From Calcarisporiella thermophila CBS 279.70 (taxonomy: Eukaryota; Fungi; Calcarisporiellomycota): a stretch of 64,000 nucleotides of DNA. Below, one piece after another: positions 12,970 to 23,541 of the stretch. The stretch spans positions 461,488 through 525,487 of the forward strand of contig NW_027192206.1 in NCBI RefSeq assembly GCF_041956535.1. Direction: 5' to 3'. Numbering within the stretch: the first letter of the stretch is position 1; each line of letters opens with the position of its first letter. The notes below the pieces were generated by a model, which saw only the letters and a list, made by a program, of their open reading frames with translations, ran no database searches and was not told where the DNA came from. The translations under genes were made by a program, and so were the position numbers.

Positions 12970-14915
12970 TCATTTAGCAGGCGAGTGCAAGGAAGCTAGA
13001 TACGTCCCCCACTCCTGATCCTCCTGCTCTCGGGAGACGACTTCGAAGCCAGATGTTCTCAGTCGGATTAACCTTCCAAACACCCTAATGCTGGTCACCT
13101 CTCCCGGAACACGAGGCAGCAGGCGATCCCTAATGCCAGTGCGGATCAGAAGAACAAAAAGGAACCCAATCAGGGTCACACCGAAAATCCACCACAGATT
13201 CGGGCTATAGACCTCAACCGACTTCACACTCAGGCCGGAAGCAACGAGGCTATTGAAGATCGCGGTGAAGATTAAGCCACCGCCCACGCCTGCGGATGCC
13301 CAAGCAGTGAGGATGATGCCGTGCAGGGCACCGATATTGGACGGGCCAAACATGTCGGTGAGGAAGGCTGGAATGATGCCGAACCCGGCTCCATAGCACG
13401 CGGTGAGCACCCAAATCATGATATTGTGGACCCAATAGGCCTGCGCTTGCATGACGGTGGTAAGCGAGCCAAGAATGACAACCTGGGTGGCCAACATGAT
13501 GATAAAGCAAGCCTTTCTTCCGGTGTAGTCGGACAGCGTGCTGAAAAACAAACGCCCCGCAAGGTTGAAACCACCATTGATCGAAACAATCGTGGCGGCA
13601 GTATCGGGGGTCATTCCGAAAATGTCCGTGATGATGTTGGCTATAATGGAGAGTGCATATGGAGTCAATGGTTAGAGGGTCCAGGATCATAGGTAAGTAA
13701 AACTTATTGGTGAGAGCACCAAGTACATACAGAGGCGAGAAATGAATACTAAGCCAGCGATCTTTGATGAGCAAAAACAACCAGTATCCAACATTTTCTA
13801 TTAACATCTGCATCGGTTGCAATTTTGAAGGGTATCACATACCGAGTTTCCAAAGAACATCACGTACATAAAGCGATAGTCGCGGCTGAATATCGACTCG
13901 ATCAACGTCATATTTATCGTCGGCTCTGAGACCACCGTCGTCACCTGGGATTCCAGTTCGAACTTCTCACTAGAGCGAGTTAGCGGAAGGGCTGTGGAGC
14001 TAACAGATTGACCGCGCACATCCAGCCCATTCACCGTGTAGTTGGGCGGAGGGACCCGGAAGACAGCGCTGCACGCAAGCATCACCCCAAAGTACACTGC
14101 TCCGAGAATAACAAAGGTGAGGGGAAGGCCAACGGCCGCCTGGAGTGGGAGGGGAACTTTGGCAAGGGCAATGGACCCTGCCCCGAAACCGCACACCGCT
14201 AGACCACTAGCAAGTCCACGGTGATCGGGAAACCACTTCTGCAATGGGGAGACCGGTGATATGTAACAGATTCCGAGCCCAATACCGCCCACCACTCCGT
14301 ATCCAAAGTACACCAGGCCAATCAGTTTGAGATAGACCCCGAGACCAGCCAGCATGTTGCCCGACATAAACAAGATAGAGCCAGTCAGCGCTCCAACACG
14401 GGGACCTTTGCGCTCCAGCCAGGGTCCGGCGATGGCGGCGGAAAGACCTATATCATTCAAAAGTGTTAAGTGGGAATATTTCTCAGCTGATACGATAAAA
14501 GGAGGTGCAATAGTTACCGAAGCAGCCGACCGCAATGTAAAAGGTAGAGGGAGCCATATTTGCCTAAGGGTGGAGTAGGTTCTTTTTCAGGCTTGTGTTG
14601 ATATCGGCAGGATACAAGGGCACTTACCGTTGGGGTGCCAAAAATAGCCTGATCGATGGGCTTGTTGAAAACGGACCAAGCGTAGAGAGAACCTACCAGG
14701 AGTGAGGATTTATAAAAAGTTCATGAGAGGGTATGTCTACCTTCATACATACCGCAGATCAGTTGGAAGAGGACGGCAGCGGGCATCATCAGCCAACGGT
14801 TAAAGGGGAGAAATCCAAGGATATATTTTTCCTTTTCGAGCTGTTCGGCCGAACGAGGATAGGTGGTATCGCCCCAATGCCACTGAATAAAACGTATGAT
14901 AGGATTTGTCGACAT
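12970..14915 (-). CDS. MFS transporter, oxalate/formate antiporter (OFA)-like
   Basis: RWLMMPAAVLFQLICG|SLYAWSVFNKPID; GPWLERKGPR; YISPVSPLQKWFPDHRGLASGLAVCGFGAG; LSDYTGRK; YGAGFGIIPAFLTDMFG. Confidence 0.9.
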
Positions 14916-15455
14916 GTCTATTTCGAAGGCTCTTCTTAAGGGCAAAATCAGTGCTTGGGTCTTGCCAATTTTATTTCCGATCTCTTGGCTGGTTAGAATG
15001 GTACAGAGAAATTATCTAAGGGAAGGTGTGCGGATCCCTAAAGAGGGAAACCAAACGTTTTTGATATATGGAGGGAGGAGGGGGAGAAGAATATACTGTC
15101 TATAATATTACAAGGTAATTGACGGTTTTTGAAAAGGAAAGTAGAGGTAAGCAGTTTTCTGGCCAAACTCGAATGTTGAAAATTCAAGGGAAGACGGGTA
15201 GAGTAAAAAGAAGACATGTCCTTTCTCGAGTATTTATCAGTGTCTTGAGCGCCTCAAAGAGGCGTTATATTTGTTTATCGCTTAGAGTTCAACCACTTCG
15301 CCTTTTCTCTGCCATCCTCGGTAATGGCCTTCAAAAATAGAACGGCGGCTGCAAGCGTCCTTTCCCGTTTCCTTCAAAAAATAAGTACTCGCGCTTTCCC
15401 GTTTGGATTAATGAAGCTCGTGGTTGACCTCTTTCGGTGCACCATGAATCCTCAG

Positions 15456-15952
15456 CTAAGCCTTCTTGCACCACTCTCCAATACTGTATTGGATACCCAG
15501 CTTTATTCGGGGGAGGATAGCATCAGCTCTATTCACCAATCCCTCCATTTCATTGGTGATGGCTGCCTTCACCGGGCTTGGCTGTAAACCGATCAGCACC
15601 CTCTTGTTTTCAATAAATAAACTCTCTTCTTGTCATACCTGAGGATATGCAACCTCAGCGACTTTGCCCTCCAAGAAGTGATAGACATAGCAGCTACCCT
15701 CTGTTGCTAAATGATGCACAAAGTGAAATTTTATTATATCTCATCCTCCGTAGGATTGCTAGGAATCCTGGAAAGTGCCACACTATTTGCGTATGTCATG
15801 GTTGAAAATTGATTCTGCCAAGTAGGCGACGAAGCACCCTCATTTGAGAAGTGGCCCATGTTGGCCGAGTCTTGTTTATTAGAGCCATCGAAGTTTATTT
15901 GTCCGCCATCCATTTTTAAAAACATTTCTATGTTTGCGAGATTCTTCACCAT
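15456..15952 (-). CDS. Hypothetical ~120-aa orphan (3-exon model 15952-15784, 15706-15639, 15581-15456) or gene relic
   Basis: Intron 15582-15638 has a GTATGA donor, GCTGAT branch and ACAG acceptor. The three exons join in frame. No family recognised. Confidence 0.3.
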
Positions 15953-16126
15953 CACAATGGCATCGTGATTGACGGGAATCAGTCATGGAGTCTATTGTCT
16001 ACTCACCACTACCAAATACGACAAAGAATGATATAGGTGGTGTATGATATAAATATACGATAATCCACTTTCCGTGCGGCATGTACTCGCGAACCTCGTT
16101 TTTTCCCCGGCCTACTTTGCGCAGTG

Positions 16127-16979
16127 TTAAAAACTCTTGGCTAGCCATCCGTTCAATGCATCCAACAGCTGTCGCGCTTCTTCTTCCGTACGGAACATAT
16201 GATCTGCACCGGGCACCACTTGCAGCTCACTGTTCTCAATCATTTCCTGGAACTTATATGCATCCTTCACGGGTATAGTTTTGTCGCATTCGCCGTGGAT
16301 TATCAACACTCTCGTACGTCCCCCATCTATTCTCGCCACAATGGACATGTCCAAACTGCACCGCTTCTCCATATCCTCTCTCGTCACCACATAGTCTCGA
16401 CCGTTAATGGGCATGGGACACCACACAAACGAGCCCTGCTCGGCAAGGCTCTTGCGCTGTTCGTCAGAAAAACGGAAGGAGGGAGCCTGGGAGTGATCGT
16501 AACGCCCTGCAATATTGACGATGAGGGGGACGTCATTATGCTTGCTAGCATGGCGAAGAACAACAGCGCCGCCACGAGAATGTCCCATGAGGCATCTTAC
16601 ATTCCATTGATGCGAGCGAAGGAAGCCGACAACGTCGTGGAGATTCTCGACCTCCTCATCATAATTGCCATACTTTGCCACCCCGCCTATGTATTCAAAG
16701 AGGCCGGATGAGTGTCATCCGAAGAAAAATGAAATGCAACGGTTATTGGATATTACCTGAATCACCGTTTCCTTCAAAATCGAATGCGAAAACATTGTAT
16801 GGCAATCCACCACAGAGCCCTCGAATAATTTTCGATCGACGAGTGTTGAGAATCCCATGGCAGATGACGATGAGATCGCGAGTGGAATCGCGCACGAAAA
16901 GAGTGCCAACCAGATTGTATCCGTGGGAGCACGGAATGGTCAAGGTTTCTTCGCCTGGTGAGGGTGCAGCAATGGTCAT
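16127..16979 (-). CDS. Alpha/beta-fold hydrolase (esterase/serine aminopeptidase S33-like), 2 exons
   Basis: VICHG, FDFEGNGDSG, nucleophile elbow GHSRGG, IIHGECD (Asp), PGADHMF (His). Confidence 0.9.
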
Positions 16980-17482
16980 TTTCACGAGGATGGGACCTGG
17001 AGTTCGAGGCAAGACTGCCTTTTTATTTCCTGGGCCGTTAATATGTGATTGGATAGAATGTATCTCCCGATTTCAGGGAGAATAAGTAGTCTTATTGAGG
17101 GGGAAATTTTCTCTCTCAAAATGACACTTTGGAACACAAAAAATTTGGGTTTGAGCATTTATTTTGGTTTTGCTGAAAATTAGAACTATTTATTTGAATA
17201 CAGTATTGACATTTGTTAGACTATATATAACGATATCCGATAAAAAATGATTTACTTACAATTTCTACAGTAAATTCCTCTCCCATCGCGTCTAAAGCAA
17301 TGGCGTGTATTTCTTTTTTTTTTTGCCTTTACTATTTTGAATTCCACAAGGTACCAAATTTATGAGGTTGTTATTCCAAAGACAAAAATATTACAAAACC
17401 AACACAGATATAAAACGGAATAATCAAGAATATCGTATCATTCGAAGTATGTAAGCTACAAGGGACAAAACCGGCCACTACA

Positions 17483-19888
17483 TCAGAAAGGTGGCGGAGT
17501 CATGGCTGCCCAAGAGAGAACACCGGAATCATTGCGCCAGTAGGCCTTATACGTGGCCCCAGAACGGGCAATGACTTCAAAGTTACCCCTCAAAGGCGAG
17601 CCAAAGTTGCTTTGAATCAGAGTTACGTCGTCGAAATGGAGAGGATCGCCGAAGGAAGCAGGCCCATGCCAAGGTAGCCCTGCCGCATCGTTTTCTCGCC
17701 ACCAGAGGCCGAGGCCACCACTGGCTAGTGGAGCAATTACCTCGAAATTGCCACGATTACCGAATCGACTCTGAATAAACGCGGGTTCTCCGCGTACCCC
17801 TGTGGCAAAGGCCACGCCTTGATGCCAACCAGTTTCATCGCGATAGAAATGGTGTAATGCGTTTCCAATACGAGCAACCACTTCAAGGTTGCCTGGATTG
17901 CCGTAGTTGCTCTGAATGAGAGCCACTGATGACACTACACCAACATTCGTGGCGAAGACAGTACCACCACTCCACGGGTTGCCAGGGGCATCGTTATTAC
18001 GCCACCAGTGTGCTATTCCTCCGCTGGAGAGTGGAGCAACCAGTTCGAAGTTACCTCTTCCTCCGTAGATGCCTTGGATTAGGGCGGGAGATCCGGACAC
18101 ATTATTAGCAAAGGTAGGACCAATATGCCAGGCAACATTAGAATCACGCCAGAGATGTACAAGATGCGAGCCCACACGCCCAACCACTTCGAAATTGCCG
18201 TGCGAACCGTAGTTACCTTGTAACAACGAGACTCGTCCAATGAAAGTACCGGCATCAGAGGCGAAAGTAGTCGGTCCATGCCAGGGAAGTCCTGTGGTGT
18301 TGTTATCTCGCCAACAGTGGCGGAGCCCTCCACCGGGCGTGGGCACAACCACTTCGAAATTGCCCTGAGAGCCATAGTTACTCTGGATCAACCATCCGCT
18401 GGAATTTGCCGCTGGAGCCAATCGCACAAACTTGCCCACCGAAGGGACGCCGCTTTGGTTCAGCAAGAAAGCAAGATAGTAACCAGGTGGAGCAATCGCA
18501 GGAGTTGGAGGGGCGGTCACTGCGAGTGCTCTTCCACCTTTGCGGTGGAAAGTCACTTCCACGTAGCGCTGATCTGAGTTAAAGGCGTGGGTTACAGATC
18601 CCGCCTTCACCAATACCACCCGGGCAATGTTTGGAGCATCTTGTGTCTCGATATCAAACTGGCGGCCCCACCCGGTAGATCTCTGTACGCGCCCGATCCT
18701 CGGTCGATTTTGATGGACGTAAGATGGCTCGTAGATCTCGATCCTCAGCTCTCGGTTGTCTTGTCCAGGGGGTTGATAGCTTTGGCTCCCATTCTTATTC
18801 GAACCACAGGTCCAGACCCGACCATCGGGCATGAGAAGAGCAACCGAATGGTAATTGCGTGTCACTGTGGCGGTTTCCAGGACGGACCAAGAGTTGGTGG
18901 TGGGATTATACAGCTCGGCAGTGCGGACTGCAGTATTGTCATTCCCTTGATTAACCACACCTCCACAGACGAAAACCATTCCAGTGGGAAGGATGATTGA
19001 GCTGCAGTTGAGTCGCACTGGGCCTCCTGCCAAAGCTCTTGGCCCAGTAGGCTGCCAGCCGGCCGAAGGGTTACCCATATCTAGCAGGTAGGGGATATGC
19101 CCGCCGCAAACCAGCACACGAGCACGATATCCATCGCTGGGACGCAGCGGGAGCAAGACGGAGTTAACGTTCAGGCTTCCATAAATTCCATCTGGAGGAG
19201 CGGGACACAGGTCGTGATAGGCCCCAGTGTTTGGATCCAACGTTAAGGTTCGTTGATTTACTTGAGTAGTGAAGAGAACTTGCCCATTGGGCAGGACATG
19301 CAACCGAGGATAGAAGCCCACCGCATGTGCAGGGTCGGGACCAGTAAGTAGGCGCCAAGTTCCTCGCGAGCGTGGTGACGGAGAAAACTTCTCAGGAGAA
19401 TCATTGTTGTGCCGACTATCCTCGACCATAGGGTGACCGGAGACAGTGAGGATTTGACCGTTGGGTAGAGTAAGTAGTGTAGGGTACCAACGCCCTCCCC
19501 CCACGGTGCGTCCGGGTTCCGGATTCATGTCCGCAACACGAGTCCAGGTATGAGTGGCAGGATCGTACACCCAGGCATCACGTAACCCTGGAAAATGGGT
19601 CGCATGTTGACCTTCGTCCCTTGGAAATGCGCTTGTCCCCCCTGCGACCAAGAGTCGTCCGTCGATAAGGAAGGCATGCCCGCTGCAAAAGACGTCGCTT
19701 CCTGGGGAGGGGGCTCTTCGCACACTCAGCGAGTTGGTGTCGAACAGCCTGGTGTGATCGATCTGGTGCCTCGAATTTTGATCTTTGTCATGCTCATCAC
19801 CACTAAAGTAAAGAATTTCTCCCGTATGTAATAGGGCAGCATGAATTGCCAGCACTTCAGATTTATTTCTAAGGACAATCCAACCCAT
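17483..19888 (-). CDS. Copper-radical oxidase (AA5; Kelch propeller + Ig-like DUF1929 domain) fused to a six-repeat lectin-like beta-propeller; intronless
   Basis: Cofactor motifs FCSGH, RWYPT, RNYHS and SVTHAFN, followed by six LIQSxYG..GNFEV..H.WR..W repeats. First AUG is at 19888 (MGWIVL); the ORF track starts at an upstream TTG. Confidence 0.9.
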   Translation of the reverse strand: MGWIVLRNKSEVLAIHAALLHTGEILYFSGDEHDKDQNSRHQIDHTRLFDTNSLSVRRAPSPGSDVFCSGHAFLIDGRLLVAGGTSAFPRDEGQHATHFPGLRDAWVYDPATHTWTRVADMNPEPGRTVGGGRWYPTLLTLPNGQILTVSGHPMVEDSRHNNDSPEKFSPSPRSRGTWRLLTGPDPAHAVGFYPRLHVLPNGQVLFTTQVNQRTLTLDPNTGAYHDLCPAPPDGIYGSLNVNSVLLPLRPSDGYRARVLVCGGHIPYLLDMGNPSAGWQPTGPRALAGGPVRLNCSSIILPTGMVFVCGGVVNQGNDNTAVRTAELYNPTTNSWSVLETATVTRNYHSVALLMPDGRVWTCGSNKNGSQSYQPPGQDNRELRIEIYEPSYVHQNRPRIGRVQRSTGWGRQFDIETQDAPNIARVVLVKAGSVTHAFNSDQRYVEVTFHRKGGRALAVTAPPTPAIAPPGYYLAFLLNQSGVPSVGKFVRLAPAANSSGWLIQSNYGSQGNFEVVVPTPGGGLRHCWRDNNTTGLPWHGPTTFASDAGTFIGRVSLLQGNYGSHGNFEVVGRVGSHLVHLWRDSNVAWHIGPTFANNVSGSPALIQGIYGGRGNFELVAPLSSGGIAHWWRNNDAPGNPWSGGTVFATNVGVVSSVALIQSNYGNPGNLEVVARIGNALHHFYRDETGWHQGVAFATGVRGEPAFIQSRFGNRGNFEVIAPLASGGLGLWWRENDAAGLPWHGPASFGDPLHFDDVTLIQSNFGSPLRGNFEVIARSGATYKAYWRNDSGVLSWAAMTPPPF

Positions 19889-22808
19889 GATAATGATCAG
19901 GAGAACCGGATGAAATGGGTGAGAAAAAGGTTGCAAGGCTAATTAGACTCAAGATTAGGCCGTTTATATCCTGTTTAAATAAATTTCTTTTTAATGCTAT
20001 TTTAACGGAAGTGGTCTTAAGGCAAAAAGCAATACCTCCATGAAATATCTGTTTTTAGAATAGGAGGGTGCTGTAATATATCCTTGTATGGTCGGAGACA
20101 ATTCATAGCTTAGACTAAAGCTTCTGTCGGTTTTAGACTGGTTGTTTTTTGTCAGTGGAGTATACTTGTCCACCGTCCTTTAAAATAATGTAAGTAGACG
20201 CAGCCCAAACTGCCCTTAGTTATGCAGACATGGCTCGTGATTAACACAATCATGAGCCACTGAAAAATTTCAAATATCTATTGTTATTTTGGACCAATCT
20301 GGTTTCACACATTGGTCGCAGCGCCACGAGGAGCATGGAAAGCCGATCGAACCATAAAGAGACCCTAAAGGGGCCCTCGCTTCGTTATCCTCGTGGGTCG
20401 GATGCTATTCAAACATCGCCCATCCTGCTTTACTACGTTCTAAGGCGCGAAAGGAGTATTACATACTAGATAAAGAAACACAATTTAAGCATGCATCTGT
20501 AAGAAGACATATACCAGGCATTAGGGGGTAAACCCACTGTTTTGTTTGTTCTGTTGATCATTTGTAGGCGATATCCCACCCCCTCGAATTATTTTTCCAA
20601 ACGACGCCGTATGCTGAAGAAAGTGCCAACTCTTGGCGAATTACTACGCTCACAACTAGGCTGTTCTCTCGATTCCGTATGCTCCCCCACAAGGAACATC
20701 TTTTTCCAATAACTATTTACTCCTCATCTCCCTATCAAATGGCCACGGTTTTAGATAAACCTGTTCATGCATTGTGAGCCATTAGCGCTAATACTCGCTC
20801 TCTTTTCTATTAGCTCGGGTGACAATTCTCAAATCCATAATGAGACAGGGTCTTTGATCATTTTAGCTGCGGTTCTCAATTGTTTCCCTGGCAATCTTTG
20901 CTTGCCTTTTGTATGAGCCGGAATAGGAGGGTGTAAAGCCACCTTTACCCCAAAATTTTGCGAATGGATTGAAATTCTATCTCTTAAGAGGTCTATTTCT
21001 TGGGACGCGAATATGAAGATATAGGAATTTCGTACAGGCGATATGAAGTGCGTTTTTAATTTCACAAGGCTCATAAATCATTTCAGCAGTTTTGTTTTTG
21101 GAGAATATCAAGAAAAATGTGTGCGTATCTCCTCGTTTTTTAAACCCCAATTAGAAAGCAGTCGACAAACACGTTGCTTCTCTCCCATTTACCAAAAGCA
21201 ACGATATTGGTATGTATTAGTTGAAGTTAGCAATTGCGAACGTGTATGGATTATTTTCCCATACCTTTGAAGAAATGACAATCAAGAAATCCACAGAAGT
21301 CAGCCAAGAGCGTGAGTAGTTCCGACCTAAACCAAACCTTCTTGGGTACAAAAACGTAAATATCTTTGGCTTCATTTCTTTTTGACTCCTCTCTCCAATA
21401 CCCTCCAACCCCATCCTCCAAATCAAATAAACTATATTATCATAGGATTCACTGCATAAATTGTCTACCCAATCTCACAATATCCAGCTCTCCAAGGCGA
21501 CACAGATCCTCGACATGCGCTTTTGACCATAGATGTTTTTTAACCACGTTGTGTCCCAGAGTTCGCTTCGTCATTCTTTCTTTCTCTCCCTTGGCCATTC
21601 CTAACTAGCATAGATCTCTCCTCCACAAAGCACTGGTGGAGAGGATATATTGCAATACTTCCCTTCAATTTCTCAAATGGGTCTTGGCCATTTCTCCTTC
21701 TTCCTATTACACAAAATGGCAAATCTTCGGCGAAGCATTTTCTAGAATAATCGCAATGGATATATCTCTGAAGAGGACACGGATTATCGAGATTCTTTCC
21801 AGATACATGTCTTGCACATGTCGGTTATATTTTTAAAAAACAATCTAATTCGCTTTCTTAAAATATGGTGGAGTAAGAGAAAAAAATTTTGCTGTTGAGA
21901 TATTAAAATCAGGGTGAGATTTTTCGAACTTTTTGAATATATTCAACCTCATATCCTACAGATATTAGGTCGGATGCATCTCTCACCATCACACTCCACG
22001 TCAGTCTCCTCCTTGATCCCCTCCCACTCTCCCTTTTAGACATCTGTTTGCTGCCATCAAAGATGCTCTGAAAATTGGAAGAGGCGGAGTGGATGGGTGG
22101 TCAATTCGCTCTATTTCATATCAAGATGCATTGTAGAGTACCATCGAGGTTATGCATCTGCCACGCATATTCAAGTCGTCCAGTTCGAAATGAAACATGG
22201 CATGTTCATTGTTCGGAGTTCTTTGAGTCGATGGAGGGGTGCTCCGCCGTTCCCGGTTTTTCCATTCCCATCCGATCAAGTTTGAGCTTGACCGGCTGCT
22301 AGAATATAACCAAAAACTATTAAGGGTAGGGCCTATTCTACTTCATTAAACCATAGCCATAGGACAAGGGAAAGGGGCGAGACACAATCTAACTCCGCTA
22401 CCCCCTCCTGCCTCCCCCTGTCCGTCCCTTTGTTCGCGGATAATGGATCCGTCTTTCCGAAAATTAGCTTTATTTCTCCTTTTTGGCCAGTTTGGCCAAG
22501 GGACAATTAGAGCCATTTTCATTTTTAGTAAGGATTACCCGGGCTTTCCAGCTTTTGTTCTTCATTAAAAAGAAAAAACACCCCCCTCACTGAAGGCGTG
22601 TTTGTTATCTTGGTGTAGTCAGGGCTGTGGATTAGAATTATTGGTCCAAGGACTCGGCGAAAATATCCAGTCGTCTCAGTCCAACGAAGCCTATTTCCCT
22701 CGTGTCATAAGGGTCTTTCGTTGCTCTCCCAATGTGGTTCCGGGGATGGGGAAAAGTAATCTAAAAAACAGAGTTCCAACATCCAATGAAGGCTACCGAA
22801 ATGGTAAT

Positions 22809-23015
22809 ATGAAGGACGGGATCGTTTCTGTTCATTTTTGCTTGTTATTGCAAGCTGCTTGTTTGTTTTATGTGGCGGTAGCTTTGCCTACAGGGTTACT
22901 TGGTAGCATGCAAGGTTGTTTGTTAGGCTGCATGATTACTTGCATGGCCATCTTCTGCACTAGTTTATTGTTTGCTACGGTTGGCTTTATTTGTTCTCCC
23001 ATATGCATTGTTTGA
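22809..23015 (+). CDS. Candidate 68-aa small secreted cysteine-rich peptide
   Basis: Hydrophobic leader ending VAVA|LP, with six Cys in the putative mature part. No homology recognised. Confidence 0.25.
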   Translation: MKDGIVSVHFCLLLQAACLFYVAVALPTGLLGSMQGCLLGCMITCMAIFCTSLLFATVGFICSPICIV

Positions 23016-23541
23016 TAACATTGTCTGCTTTGTGCATCCAAAGTTTCGTTGACGCACAAAACAGACAAGGTGTGTAAACTCTCTGCCCATGGGGCTTCCT
23101 CTGCGTCCTCTCCATTTCTCCCATACCACACCTGGTTCAACCCAACAAAGTGGACCGCGAAGGAGGTTCAAAATTGGGGTTGCTTTTCGTCAGCTGACCT
23201 AGTTTGACAAACAAGCTGGTTGCAAATACTTCCGACTGAGATCATGTTGCGCGAAAAAAAAACAAGCTGTCGTTTGTTACCATGTCAACTCTGATCTAGG
23301 TGGAACATGCATACAAACAAAAGGTTTGGATTGAGGAGGAGGGGGGGGGGGGCAATGAGCCGCCTGTCTTTGCAACAGGAATAAAGTCATGTTGGATTGT
23401 ATCTGACACATGGATGTTGTTTACAAGAGAAATGGTTCGCTATCGTTGCCATATCGAAGCGAAGAAAAAGAAAGAGGAAAAAAATGAGGTGAGGGAAATG
23501 GGTGAATGCAAGCGTCGATCCATTAGAATCGCTTCTTTCCA

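Noticed and set aside
9277-19888. GT21 + MFS + hydrolase + oxidase as a biosynthetic gene cluster
   Set aside because: No backbone enzyme and no cluster TF; GT21 is a housekeeping sphingolipid enzyme; co-regulation cannot be shown from sequence.
20231-20259. 12-bp hairpin upstream of the oxidase gene as a Helitron end or SECIS
   Set aside because: No CTRR at the expected spacing and no SECIS core.
21690-21780. Minus-strand RDISIAIILENASPKICHF resembling a kinase catalytic loop
   Set aside because: Too short and degenerate, surrounded by stops; cannot be distinguished from chance.
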